DNA of 64,000 bases. Source: an uncultured Clostridium sp. (lineage in GTDB: Bacteria > Bacillota > Clostridia > TANB77 > CAG-508). Each line of letters begins with the position of its first letter. Position 1 is the stretch's first letter. Below are positions 8,954 through 18,899 of the stretch, piece by piece. The notes beneath the pieces were generated by a model. The model had not been told where the DNA came from and ran no database searches. It saw only the letters and a program-made list of their open reading frames with translations. The DNA is taken from positions 32,338 through 96,337 of the forward strand of contig CAKNIZ010000003.1 of the NCBI GenBank assembly GCA_930980855.1. The letters are read 5' to 3'. Made by a program: the position numbers and the translations under genes.

Positions 8954-9808
8954 ATGATATATACTATTAAATCAGATATATTTGAACTTGCAGATATTTT
9001 TGATTGTGGACAATGTTTTAGATGGAATAAAGAACCGGACGGAAGTTATACAGGAGTATTTGCCGAAAATGTTTTAAATGTAAGTAAAGAAGGAAATACA
9101 GTTACTTTTAAAGGAATTTGCAATGGTAACATTGAAGAAATATGTAGAAATTATTTTGATTTAGATAGAGATTACAATGATATAAGAAATAAACTTTCCA
9201 AAATTGATGAAAACTTGAAAATTAGTGTTGAATATGGAAAAGGTATTAGAATATTAAATCAAGATTTATGGGAGACAATAATTTCATTTATAATATCTGC
9301 AAATAATAATATTCCTAGAATCAAAGGCATCATAGAAAGATTATCTAAAGAATATGGTAAAAAAATTACTTATGAGGGAAAAGATTATTATACATTTCCA
9401 ACACCTGAAAGTCTAAGTAAAGCTACGGTCCAGGACTTTAGAAATTTAGGACTAGGATTTAGAGATATAAGACTATATGAAACAACAAATATGATAATAA
9501 ATAAAGAAGTCGATTTAGAAAAACTAAAAGACATGAACACACTAGAAGCAAGAGAGGAATTATTAAAACTTTCAGGCGTTGGTCCAAAAGTAGCTGATTG
9601 TATATTGCTATTTTCTAATTTAAAAAGATTCGATGTATTCCCTATCGATGTGTGGGTAAGAAGAGTAATGAACGAATTATATATTAAAAAAGAAGATGAA
9701 ACGAAAGTTACTAAAAAAGAAATTCAAAAATTAGCAGATAGCAAATTTGGAGATATGCAAGGTTTAGCTCAACAATATTTATTTTATTGGAAAAGAGAAA
9801 CTGCGTAA
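8954..9808 (+). CDS. ogg: 8-oxoguanine DNA glycosylase (OGG1-type, HhH-GPD)
   Basis: N-terminal DCGQCFRW motif, the HhH-GPD segment LSGVGPKVADCILLF, and ..FPIDVWVRR.. Confidence 0.8.
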   Translation: MIYTIKSDIFELADIFDCGQCFRWNKEPDGSYTGVFAENVLNVSKEGNTVTFKGICNGNIEEICRNYFDLDRDYNDIRNKLSKIDENLKISVEYGKGIRILNQDLWETIISFIISANNNIPRIKGIIERLSKEYGKKITYEGKDYYTFPTPESLSKATVQDFRNLGLGFRDIRLYETTNMIINKEVDLEKLKDMNTLEAREELLKLSGVGPKVADCILLFSNLKRFDVFPIDVWVRRVMNELYIKKEDETKVTKKEIQKLADSKFGDMQGLAQQYLFYWKRETA

Positions 9809-9831
9809 TTTTTATATAAAAGGAGAAAACT

Positions 9832-12800
9832 TTGAATATTATATATGGTAGAAGCGGAAGCGGAAAAAGTGAATATATATATAATAAAATAAAAGAAGAA
9901 ATAAAATCTGGAATAAAAACATATATAATAACTCCAGAGCAATTCTCATTCACAGCAGAAAAGAAACTATTAGAAACTTTAGAAGAGGGTGCTACTACAA
10001 CCGTAGAAGTACTTTCTTTTGAAAGAATGGCATATAGAGTTATAAAAGAAGTATTTGGAGAAGGCACAAAAAACTTAATAAATTCTAGTAAAGCAATGAT
10101 AATATCATCACTTTTAGAAGAATATCAATCAAACTTTAATTTCCTTAGTAAAAGCATGGAAAATATAGACATGATATTAAAACAAATTACTGAATTTAAA
10201 AAACACAATATAACTGTAGAAATGCTTGAAAGTCAAATAGAAAAAACAAATGATACATATTTAAAATTAAAACTAAAAGATATGCTTTTTATATATTCAA
10301 AGTTTGAAGAAAAAATAAGAAGTGATTATATAGATGAAAACGATTTATTAACACTACTAGCAGATAATATTGAAAAAAGTCATTTATTTGATAATGCAAT
10401 TTTCTATATTGATGAATTTGCTGGATTTACTAAACAGGAATATAATGTATTATCTAGTTTAATGCAAATTGCTAAAGAAATATATATAACAGTTTGCACA
10501 GATGATTTAAGAGTAATTAAAAGTCCAGAAGTAGACATATTTTATGATAATAAGCAAACTATTCAAACATTAAAACAAATAGGAGAAATAAAAAAGGAGA
10601 TACATTTAGATAAATCTTATAGATTTAAAAATGCAGAACTTGAGCATCTAGAAAAAAATATTTTCGCAATTCCATACACAATTTATGGTAAAAATGTGGA
10701 AAACATTAGTCTAACGATTGCCAAAAATGAATTTGAAGAAATAGAATATGTTGCAAAAGAAATTTTTAAACTAGTAAGGGATAAGGGATATAGATACAAA
10801 GATATTGGAGTAATAACAAAAAACTTAGAGGAATATACAAGCTTGTGTAAAGCTATTTTTAGTGAGTATAATATTCCTGTTTTTATTGATGAAAAAAAAG
10901 ATATTACTCAAGATATTTTCATAAAATATGTATTATCAATTTTAGACATATTTGCAAAAAATTGGTCTTACGAATCTGTATTCAACTATTTAAAAACAGG
11001 AATTGTAAAAGTTGATAGGATTTACGAATTAGAAAATTATTGCTTAAAATGGAATATAAAAGGAAAGAAATGGTATGAATCTCCATGGAACTTTGATGAA
11101 GATACATCATTCCTAGAAATTCAAAAAGAGGTAGTTATACCATTACTTGCGTTAAAGAAAAATTTAGACGGTGTAAAAACTGCAGACAAAATAAGTAAAG
11201 AGTTATATAACTTTTTAATAAACAATATTTTAGATCAAGAAAGTATTGAGCCTGAAAGTTTTAATGTTGTTGTAGAAGTATTAGATGAAATATCTGATTT
11301 ATTTGAAAATATAAAAATGTCGTTTGATACATATATAAAACTTTTAAAAACAGGACTATCACATAAAGAAATAGGACAAATACCACAAACTGTAGACAAA
11401 GTAACAGTTGGAGATGTAAACAGGTCAAAAACTCATAAAATAAGAGCTATATTTGTAATAGGTGTAAATGATGGAATATTCCCTAGTGTTCAGTCAAGCG
11501 AAGGATTCTTTAATGACAAAGATAGAGAAGGACTAAAAAAACAAGGAATAGAGCTTGCAAAAGGTACACTAGAAAAAATGTATGAGGAAAACTTCAACAT
11601 ATATAAGGCTTTTTCAACTGCAGAAGAAAAAATATATATATCTTATCCAGCAGCAGATATAGAAGATAAACCACTTAGAAAATCTACCATGATTTCAAAA
11701 TTAAAAAGGATTTATCCAAAATTAGAAGAAAAAGTGTATGAGCCAAATAATGCCGAAATATACAATAAAGAAGTAACATTTGCCAATCTTTTATCTAGTG
11801 TAAATGAGCAAAAAGATAAAGAATGGTATGAACTATATAAATGGTATAAAGACGATGAAAAATGGGCTAAAAAATTAGATAATGCCCTAAATGGTTTAGA
11901 TTATACAAATGTACCAGAAAAAATAAATAAAGAAAATGTACGAAAACTATATGGCTCTACCTTAAATACTACAGTATCAAGATTAGAAAAGTATAGAAGT
12001 TGTTCGTTTGCATATTATTTAAAATATGGGCTTAAATTATCAGATAAAGAAAAAATGGATATAAAACCTGTAGATACAGGTTCATTTATGCATGAAGTAA
12101 TAGATACGTTCTTCAAAAAAGTTGATGATATAAAAAATATAACAGAAGAAGATATGAAAAAAGTTATAGATGAAATTATAGAAGAAGAACTTTCATTGAA
12201 AAAGAATTACATTTTTACTGCAACAGCCAAGTATAGAACTTTAGTAAGAAGATTAAAAAAAGTAATTTATTTATCAATGAAATATATAGTGCAAAGCTTA
12301 AAACTAAGTGATTTTGATGTACTACAAAGTGAATTAGAATTTGGAAACAATAACTATCCAGCAATAGAAATGGCATTAGAAGATGGTAGAAGAGTATCAA
12401 TTACAGGAAAAGTAGATAGAATAGATATTGCAAAAGCGCCAAATGGAAAATACATGAGAATAATAGATTATAAATCATCTACTAAAGATATAGAACTAAA
12501 TAAGGTAATTGCAGGATTACAATTACAGCTTCTTACATATGTTGATGCAATAAAACAAAAAGAAAATTTAGAGCCAGCAGGAGCATTGTATTTTACATTA
12601 TTAGAGCCTAAAATTATAGGCACAAATAAAAATATGACAAAAGAAGAAATAGAAGATATTATAAGGAAAAATTATAAAATGAATGGGCTAGTATTAGCTG
12701 ATGTAAATGTAATCAAAATGATGGATAATACATTGGAAAGTGGAAAATCAGATATAATACCAGTTAGCTTAAATGAAAGCGGAGAAATTAATTATAAATC

Positions 12801-13068
12801 TTCAAAAACAGTAACTAAAGAAGAGTTCGAAAACTTGCAAAAATATACGATAGACATTATAAAACAAATTTCAAAAGAAATCTTAGATGGGGAAATAAAT
12901 TTAAGACCATATTACATAGTAAATGAAAAGAAGACACCTTGCACATATTGTGAGTATAAATCAATATGTCAATTTAATCCAAGGATGGCTGGAAATTCAT
13001 ATTATTATGTTGGAAATAAAAATAGACAAGAAATACTAGATGAATTAAGCAAAAGGAATGAGAAATAA
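9832..13068 (+). CDS. addB: ATP-dependent helicase/nuclease AddAB, subunit B
   Basis: TTG start after AAAGGAGA. The N-terminus is GRSGSGKSEY (Walker A). The C-terminal nuclease/Fe-S region carries ..CSFAYYLKYGL.. and CTYCEYKSICQF. 1078 aa. Confidence 0.9.
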   Translation: MNIIYGRSGSGKSEYIYNKIKEEIKSGIKTYIITPEQFSFTAEKKLLETLEEGATTTVEVLSFERMAYRVIKEVFGEGTKNLINSSKAMIISSLLEEYQSNFNFLSKSMENIDMILKQITEFKKHNITVEMLESQIEKTNDTYLKLKLKDMLFIYSKFEEKIRSDYIDENDLLTLLADNIEKSHLFDNAIFYIDEFAGFTKQEYNVLSSLMQIAKEIYITVCTDDLRVIKSPEVDIFYDNKQTIQTLKQIGEIKKEIHLDKSYRFKNAELEHLEKNIFAIPYTIYGKNVENISLTIAKNEFEEIEYVAKEIFKLVRDKGYRYKDIGVITKNLEEYTSLCKAIFSEYNIPVFIDEKKDITQDIFIKYVLSILDIFAKNWSYESVFNYLKTGIVKVDRIYELENYCLKWNIKGKKWYESPWNFDEDTSFLEIQKEVVIPLLALKKNLDGVKTADKISKELYNFLINNILDQESIEPESFNVVVEVLDEISDLFENIKMSFDTYIKLLKTGLSHKEIGQIPQTVDKVTVGDVNRSKTHKIRAIFVIGVNDGIFPSVQSSEGFFNDKDREGLKKQGIELAKGTLEKMYEENFNIYKAFSTAEEKIYISYPAADIEDKPLRKSTMISKLKRIYPKLEEKVYEPNNAEIYNKEVTFANLLSSVNEQKDKEWYELYKWYKDDEKWAKKLDNALNGLDYTNVPEKINKENVRKLYGSTLNTTVSRLEKYRSCSFAYYLKYGLKLSDKEKMDIKPVDTGSFMHEVIDTFFKKVDDIKNITEEDMKKVIDEIIEEELSLKKNYIFTATAKYRTLVRRLKKVIYLSMKYIVQSLKLSDFDVLQSELEFGNNNYPAIEMALEDGRRVSITGKVDRIDIAKAPNGKYMRIIDYKSSTKDIELNKVIAGLQLQLLTYVDAIKQKENLEPAGALYFTLLEPKIIGTNKNMTKEEIEDIIRKNYKMNGLVLADVNVIKMMDNTLESGKSDIIPVSLNESGEINYKSSKTVTKEEFENLQKYTIDIIKQISKEILDGEINLRPYYIVNEKKTPCTYCEYKSICQFNPRMAGNSYYYVGNKNRQEILDELSKRNEK

Positions 13069-13877
13069 TGAAAAGAGTAACAAAAGTAATAATAATCACA
13101 GTAGCAGTTATTTTAACATTTATAATAGGATTTGTAGCTTATGATAGACTAACAATAAATAACAAGTATAGTATTAATGAAAAAAATCTAAAAATTCCAA
13201 TTTTAGTTTATCATGATATAGTAGAAAGTGAATCAGAAGTAGAATATGATTATATGCAAACTCCAAAAGAAACATTTGAAAAGCAAATAACAGGTCTTAT
13301 GAAATTGGGATATAAACCTATAAGTTATGAAGATTTAATAGCATATAAAAACGGAGAAGAAAAAATATATAAAAAAAGTTTTTTGATTGTTTTTGATGAT
13401 GGATTTGATGGAGTATATCAATATGCTTATCCATTTGCAAAAGAACATAATATTCCTATAACTAGTTTTATAATTAATTATTGCGTAGGGTTAGACGGAT
13501 ATTATACTTGGGATAATGCCAGAGAAATGGACAAAAGTGGAGTCGTAAAAATATATTCTCATAGTTTAAAACATGATAACTATGATACATATTCAAAAGA
13601 AGACTTACTAGAGGATGTAAATACATCTATTGAACAAATAGAAGAAGAGTTAGGTCATGATATTAAAAAAATATTTACATATCCTTGTGGAAAATTTACT
13701 GAAGAAGGGCAAGAATATTTATGGAAAAATGGAATTATACAAAACTTGACAGATAATAAAATTAATCAAAGTAAAAATTTGAATTTAGCTGGACTTCACA
13801 GAATGTATCCATTAAATGATAGCGTATGGAAAATATTATTGAAAATAGAGTATAGGAGTATTAAATATTCTGAATAA
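13068..13877 (+). CDS. Membrane-anchored polysaccharide deacetylase (NodB/CE4 family)
   Basis: An N-terminal TM helix, then the motifs FLIVFDDGFDGVY and HSLKHD. The start codon overlaps the addB stop (ATAATG). Confidence 0.75.
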   Translation: MKRVTKVIIITVAVILTFIIGFVAYDRLTINNKYSINEKNLKIPILVYHDIVESESEVEYDYMQTPKETFEKQITGLMKLGYKPISYEDLIAYKNGEEKIYKKSFLIVFDDGFDGVYQYAYPFAKEHNIPITSFIINYCVGLDGYYTWDNAREMDKSGVVKIYSHSLKHDNYDTYSKEDLLEDVNTSIEQIEEELGHDIKKIFTYPCGKFTEEGQEYLWKNGIIQNLTDNKINQSKNLNLAGLHRMYPLNDSVWKILLKIEYRSIKYSE

Positions 13878-13889
13878 TTATATATTAAA

Positions 13890-14005
13890 ATTTACAGTAG
13901 TTATATATTCAAAGATTTTTTGTTTCTTGCTGTCGGACACAAAGTCCTCCAAGCTGCACGAAACTGCAAAATCTTGAATATATGATTTAACTATGTGTAG
14001 AAAGA
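13890..14005. repeat. Long-hairpin intergenic repeat, copy B (short/degenerate)
   Basis: It shares the core ends (..TTGTTTCTTGCTG.. / ..GCACGAAACTGCAAAA) with copy A in the same orientation, but lacks about 40 nt of the core centre. It is flanked by its own inverted arms (TTATATATTCAAAGATTTT / AAAATCTTGAATATATGA). Confidence 0.5.
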
Positions 14006-14013
14006 AGATAGAA

Positions 14014-15042
14014 ATGAAGTATAAATTTGACTGGAAAGATAAAATAAAAAATGAAGAATTAGAAAAAGTCATAGAAATTATAAAAACTAATGGACTAGTT
14101 TTAGTACCAACAGAAACAGTTTATGGTATAGCTGCTAGTGCTTTATCTGATGAAGCATGTAAAAAAATATTTATCGCAAAAGGAAGAGCACAAGATAATC
14201 CATTAATTGTACATGTATCAGATAAAGAAATGATAAGAAGATTAGTTAAAAATGTATCAGATATAGAAGAAAAACTAATAAATGCATTTATGCCAGGTCC
14301 TTTTACTTTAGTTTTAGAAAAAAATAATGTAATATGTGATACTGCATCAGCCAAAAATCCAACAATAGGTATTAGAATGCCATCAAATAGCATAATCCAT
14401 GAAATAATAAAAGAATCGCAAATTCCACTTGCAGCACCAAGTGCAAATATTTCAGGAAAGCCTAGTGGAACTTGTATAGAAGACATATTTGAAGAACTAA
14501 AAGATAATGTAGATTGCATTATTGACGGTGGGGAATGTAAAATAGGAATAGAATCGACCGTTGTAAAAGTAATAAACAATGTACCAACAATACTTAGACC
14601 AGGGTATGTAACTGAAGAAGATATAAGAAAAGTATGCGGAAATGTAAGATTAAGTGAAAACTTATTTAAAAAGGTAGAAGAAAACGAAAAAGTAGAAAGT
14701 CCAGGCATGAAATACAGACATTATGCACCAAAAACTAAATGTGTGTTAGTTGCTAAATCGGAAAATCAAATAGCTAAGATAAATGAAATATTGCTAGAAA
14801 ATGAAGATGTCTGTGTTATTGGATTTAAAGAAGATAGAGACTTAATAAATGCAAAAAAATATATAAATGTAGGAAGCAAATATAACTTAGAAGAAGTTGC
14901 AAGAAATATTTTTTCTGCATTAAGAAAAGTAGATAAAGAGAATGTGGATTTAGCAGTTATAGAAGGTGTAGAAAAAGAAGGTTTAGGCTTAAGCATAATG
15001 AATAGATTAGTAAGAGCCTGTGAAAATAAAGTTATAGAATAA
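14014..15042 (+). CDS. tsaC: L-threonylcarbamoyladenylate synthase (Sua5/YwlC/TsaC type, with Sua5 C-domain)
   Basis: ..LVLVPTETVYGIAASAL.., ..KGRAQDNPLIVHV.., ..SANISGKPS.. I prefer the ATG at 14014; the track start at 13993 lies inside repeat B. Confidence 0.88.
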   Translation: MKYKFDWKDKIKNEELEKVIEIIKTNGLVLVPTETVYGIAASALSDEACKKIFIAKGRAQDNPLIVHVSDKEMIRRLVKNVSDIEEKLINAFMPGPFTLVLEKNNVICDTASAKNPTIGIRMPSNSIIHEIIKESQIPLAAPSANISGKPSGTCIEDIFEELKDNVDCIIDGGECKIGIESTVVKVINNVPTILRPGYVTEEDIRKVCGNVRLSENLFKKVEENEKVESPGMKYRHYAPKTKCVLVAKSENQIAKINEILLENEDVCVIGFKEDRDLINAKKYINVGSKYNLEEVARNIFSALRKVDKENVDLAVIEGVEKEGLGLSIMNRLVRACENKVIE

Positions 15043-15051
15043 GGAGAAAAT

Positions 15052-15609
15052 ATGTATTTAATTGTAGGATTAGGAAATCCAGAACCAGAATATAGTAAAA
15101 CAAGACATAACATGGGATTTGATGTTATTAATATGTTATCTGAAAAATATAATATTCCAGTTAATAAAAAAGGTTTTGAGGGATTATATGGTATTGGCGA
15201 AATAGAATGTAAAAAAGTAATTTTATTAAAACCACAGACATATATGAATGAAAGTGGCAAAAGTGTTATTAAAGCAAAAGACTATTATAAAATTCCATTG
15301 GAAAATATCATAATAATCTATGATGATATAGATTTAGATGTTGGAACTGTTAAACTTAGAAAAAAAGGTGGAGCAGGCACTCATAATGGAATGAAATCTG
15401 TAATTGAGTTTTTAGGAAAAGGAGACTTTATACATATTAGAATAGGTACAGGAAAGCCAGAATTTAAAGAATTACTAATAGCTCATGTTATAGGAAAATT
15501 AGATGATAAAACTTATGAAACATTGATACCTTCAATAGAAAAAGCATGTTTATCAATTACAGAAATTTTAAAAAATGGTATAGATGTGGCAATGAATAAG
15601 TTTAATTAA
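15052..15609 (+). CDS. pth: Peptidyl-tRNA hydrolase
   Basis: MYLIVGLGNPEPEYSKTRHNMGF.. is the canonical Pth N-terminus. 185 aa. Confidence 0.95.
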   Translation: MYLIVGLGNPEPEYSKTRHNMGFDVINMLSEKYNIPVNKKGFEGLYGIGEIECKKVILLKPQTYMNESGKSVIKAKDYYKIPLENIIIIYDDIDLDVGTVKLRKKGGAGTHNGMKSVIEFLGKGDFIHIRIGTGKPEFKELLIAHVIGKLDDKTYETLIPSIEKACLSITEILKNGIDVAMNKFN

Positions 15610-15621
15610 AAAGAGGTGGAA

Positions 15622-16788
15622 ATGTATAATATATTAATTAATAAAAATTATGATGAGAATATAACTAATATTGTGGTTGTACAAGATGGAAAAGTTGTTG
15701 AAATATATAATGAAAATTTAGATGAGGAAAGATTAGAAGGTAACATATATTTAGGAAAAGTTAAGAATATAATGCCTGGTATGCAATCTGCTTTTATAGA
15801 TATTGGAGAAGATAAAAATGCCTTAGTACATATAAAAGATTTAATTCCAAAAGCAAGTGATGTGACTGGTAATGTATTTGAAGATACATCTAAAATGGAT
15901 ATTTCAAAAATTGTAAAATCAGGGGACGAAATATTAGTTCAAGTAAAAAGGGATTGTAATAAGCAAAAAGGACCAAGAGTTACTACAGATATTAAGTTGT
16001 ATGGTAGATTTATAATACTATTACCTTGTTCAAAATTTATTACTATATCTCAAAAAATAGAAAATAAAAAAGAAGAGAAAAGGTTAAAAGCAATAGTAAA
16101 AAATAATATGCCAGAAGAATATGGAGCAATCATAAGAACTGTTGCTGAAGGTAGAAATGAAGAAGAAATAGTAGATGAAATAAATATATTAAGGAATATG
16201 TGGAAGTCAATATTAGGAAATGTGGAAAACATAAAAAATAAGAAATTTGCTCCAGTACAAATTTTTGATAATTCTGGAATTACAGGGAAAATTATTACTG
16301 ATTTAGCTGAGAATAATTTGGAAAAAATATATACTAATATGGAAACATTAAAAGATAAGTATTTAGATTTAAAAGATAAAATAGAAATTGTAGATAATCC
16401 TTTAGAAAAATTTGAAGCTCAAAAACATATGAATCTTAATAGAAAGTTATGGCTTAAATGTGGAGGGTTTATAACTATAGACTGTACAGAAGCCTTAACT
16501 GCTATAGATGTAAATTCTGCTAAATTTACAGGAAAAAGAGAATTAGAAAAAACAGTGCTTAAAGTTAATATGGAAGCTACAGAAGAGATAACTAAACAGA
16601 TTAGATTACGTGACATAGGTGGAATTATTATAATAGACTATATAGATATGGAAAATGAAGAAGATAGGGAAAAGATAAGAAATTATATTGTAGAATGCTT
16701 TAAAAATGATAGATCAAAAGTACAAGTATTAGAATTTACTAAACTTGGATTATTAGAAATTACTAGAAAACATATTTTTGGAAGATAA
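15622..16788 (+). CDS. rng: Ribonuclease E/G family protein (short form)
   Basis: S1 domain GNIYLGKVKNIMPGMQSAFIDIGEDKNALVHI and the catalytic region ..TAIDVNSAKF.. ..IGGIIIIDYIDM.. I chose the ATG at 15622, after AAGAGG. Confidence 0.8.
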   Translation: MYNILINKNYDENITNIVVVQDGKVVEIYNENLDEERLEGNIYLGKVKNIMPGMQSAFIDIGEDKNALVHIKDLIPKASDVTGNVFEDTSKMDISKIVKSGDEILVQVKRDCNKQKGPRVTTDIKLYGRFIILLPCSKFITISQKIENKKEEKRLKAIVKNNMPEEYGAIIRTVAEGRNEEEIVDEINILRNMWKSILGNVENIKNKKFAPVQIFDNSGITGKIITDLAENNLEKIYTNMETLKDKYLDLKDKIEIVDNPLEKFEAQKHMNLNRKLWLKCGGFITIDCTEALTAIDVNSAKFTGKRELEKTVLKVNMEATEEITKQIRLRDIGGIIIIDYIDMENEEDREKIRNYIVECFKNDRSKVQVLEFTKLGLLEITRKHIFGR

Positions 16789-16810
16789 GTTATAATAAAA
16801 AAAGATTGCT

Positions 16811-17031
16811 TTAATTAAATTTTGATTTTTTGTTACTTATTAAAAACTTTAATATCATTAAAAAAGTATGTTAGTAGATTTTGCAGCTCCGCGTAAGCGT
16901 TCAAACGAGCTGGAAGGATTCCAGCGAAGTGCGTTTGGAGCGAAGCGACCGCAAGGAGCCAAAAATTTACTAACATACTTTTAAGTAATATTAGAATTCT
17001 ATTAAGTAATAAAAAAATCAAAATTTAATTA
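16811..17031. repeat. Long-hairpin intergenic repeat, copy C (about 220-bp near-palindrome)
   Basis: Arms of about 75 nt (AATTAAATTTTGATTTTTTGTTACTTAT..AAAAGTATGTTAGTAGATTTT and its complement at 16966-17031) enclose the conserved GC-richer core at 16881-16965. It fills the whole gap between the convergent rng and acyl-CoA ligase genes. Confidence 0.75.
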
Positions 17032-17036
17032 CAATA

Positions 17037-18752
17037 TTAATTTTTAAATTTTTTACAAGCTTTTGCAATTTTCTTCATTTCCTCATTTCTTTTAATTTTT
17101 TGAGTAGTTGTTTTTATAAGAGGATCTGAAGAAATTATAATTTGTCTAATATACTTATAAGCTGGCATTTGTTTATTAATTTTTGTTTTTATATCATTCC
17201 AAATTTTATCACAATATTCATTGTCTTTTATACCTGGAAAAGCTTTCTTTAATTCTTCTTCGTCATATATAATTTTAGCACAAAGTGTTACATCTGTATT
17301 TCTATCTAATTTAGAATTATCTAGTAAGCCAAATACCATACTTTCTGTCACATATGGAAGTTTATTAATTAATATTTCTAATTCTTCTGGAAAAATTTTT
17401 TTACCATTTTTTAAAACTATCATATCTTTTTTTCTGCCAGTTACAAAAAGAAATCCATCATTATCTATATATCCTAAGTCTCCCGTATAGAAATATCCAT
17501 CTTTTAGTACTTCATTAGTTGCTTCTTCATTTTTATAATATCCAAGCATTATTGCTGGAGTTTTTGTAATAATTTCACCAATTCCATTTGCATCTGGATT
17601 ATCTATTTTAATTTCAATTGTTGGAAGCGGGAAGCCAACTGAACCAGTTTTCTTATGAAAACTATTTTCACCTGCAATAACAGGAGCTGTTTCAGTAAGG
17701 CCATATCCTTGATGAACATCAAAACCAAAATCATTGTAACCTTTTATGGTCTCCTTATCCATCGGAGCACCACCAGCTATTATTGTTCTTAACTTTCCAC
17801 CAAGCCCATCTATAATAGATTTAAATATTTTTCTCTTAGTTTCAATATTTGAATGTCTAAATAATACTCTCATAATATTTACAAGAACTGTTTTCTTTTG
17901 CTCTTTTATTGTTTTTAGTATTTTTTTATACATTATTTCAAGCATTAAAGGAACACATACAAATCCTGTTACTTGGTATTCAACTAAATTTTTTTGGATA
18001 TATTTTAAACCATCACAAATAGCTATTGTTATACCACAAGATGTTCCAAAAAGAAAAGTGGTTGTACTTTCAAATGTATGATGAAGTGGTAAAAAAGATA
18101 AAAATTTATCTTCTGTTGTTATTTCTATCATTTGGCTAAGTGCATATAAATCCATACAAATAGCATATTGTGAAAGCATAACCGCTTTTGCAATACTTGT
18201 TGTACCAGAAGTAAATAAAATAATACTCATTTCTTTATTATTAATTGAAATATCATTATATGATTTATGGTCTAATTTTTTGCCTTCTTTTAATAATTGT
18301 GAGTAAGATAAAATAGTGTCTTTTTCTTCTGATAAATCCATACATATTTTTATTTTACAATTAGATTTATTTACTGCATCTAAGTATTTTGAACTAAAAA
18401 TAATACTATCTGCTTCACTTCTTTTTAATAAATCTAATAATTCATTTTCAGGTAGAGATTTATCTAAGGGAACTACAACTAAACCAGCGGTAGTGATTGC
18501 TAAATAACTTACGCACCATTCATATCTATTATCTGCTATTAATGCAACTCTTTTACAATTTTGATTTAAAAGACTACATGCTAAATCTTCTATATCTTTT
18601 GCAAATTGCTTATACGTTACTTTTATATGTTCAGTAGAATCTGGAGATTCTTTGTATTCAAAAGCAATAAGGTCTTTATACTTGGCTTTGTATAAATTTA
18701 CCAACTCACGAAAGTCATTTAATTTTTGACCTTCATATAATTTATTGTTCAT
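17037..18752 (-). CDS. Long-chain acyl-CoA synthetase (AMP-binding family)
   Basis: AMP-binding motifs ILFTSGTTSIAKAVMLS, GYGLTETAP and YFYTGDLGYIDNDGFLFVTGRKKD. 571 aa. Confidence 0.85.
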   Translation of the reverse strand: MNNKLYEGQKLNDFRELVNLYKAKYKDLIAFEYKESPDSTEHIKVTYKQFAKDIEDLACSLLNQNCKRVALIADNRYEWCVSYLAITTAGLVVVPLDKSLPENELLDLLKRSEADSIIFSSKYLDAVNKSNCKIKICMDLSEEKDTILSYSQLLKEGKKLDHKSYNDISINNKEMSIILFTSGTTSIAKAVMLSQYAICMDLYALSQMIEITTEDKFLSFLPLHHTFESTTTFLFGTSCGITIAICDGLKYIQKNLVEYQVTGFVCVPLMLEIMYKKILKTIKEQKKTVLVNIMRVLFRHSNIETKRKIFKSIIDGLGGKLRTIIAGGAPMDKETIKGYNDFGFDVHQGYGLTETAPVIAGENSFHKKTGSVGFPLPTIEIKIDNPDANGIGEIITKTPAIMLGYYKNEEATNEVLKDGYFYTGDLGYIDNDGFLFVTGRKKDMIVLKNGKKIFPEELEILINKLPYVTESMVFGLLDNSKLDRNTDVTLCAKIIYDEEELKKAFPGIKDNEYCDKIWNDIKTKINKQMPAYKYIRQIIISSDPLIKTTTQKIKRNEEMKKIAKACKKFKN

Positions 18753-18846
18753 AATTTTACCACCTAACTTATATTTTTATCTTACTTATTGTATATCAAA
18801 ATGTGGAAATTATCAAGGGAAAAAGAAAGATTTAAAAATTTCAACC

Positions 18847-18875
18847 TTGTCAAAAAATGTGAAATATTGTATAAT
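18847..18875 (+). promoter_or_regulatory. Candidate sigma-A promoter upstream of the capA-like gene
   Basis: TTGTCA (18847-18852), a 17-nt spacer ending in TG, then TATAAT (18870-18875). Confidence 0.5.
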
Positions 18876-18899
18876 TTATATTATTAATTGGAGGAAAAT

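Noticed and set aside
16833-17021. 62-aa minus-strand ORF inside repeat copy C, and the 64-aa ORF at 13878-14072(-) over copy B.
   Set aside because: They lie entirely within the palindromic repeat and have no SD. Their 'conserved' residues simply reflect the repeat core, and the compensatory changes indicate structural rather than coding constraint.
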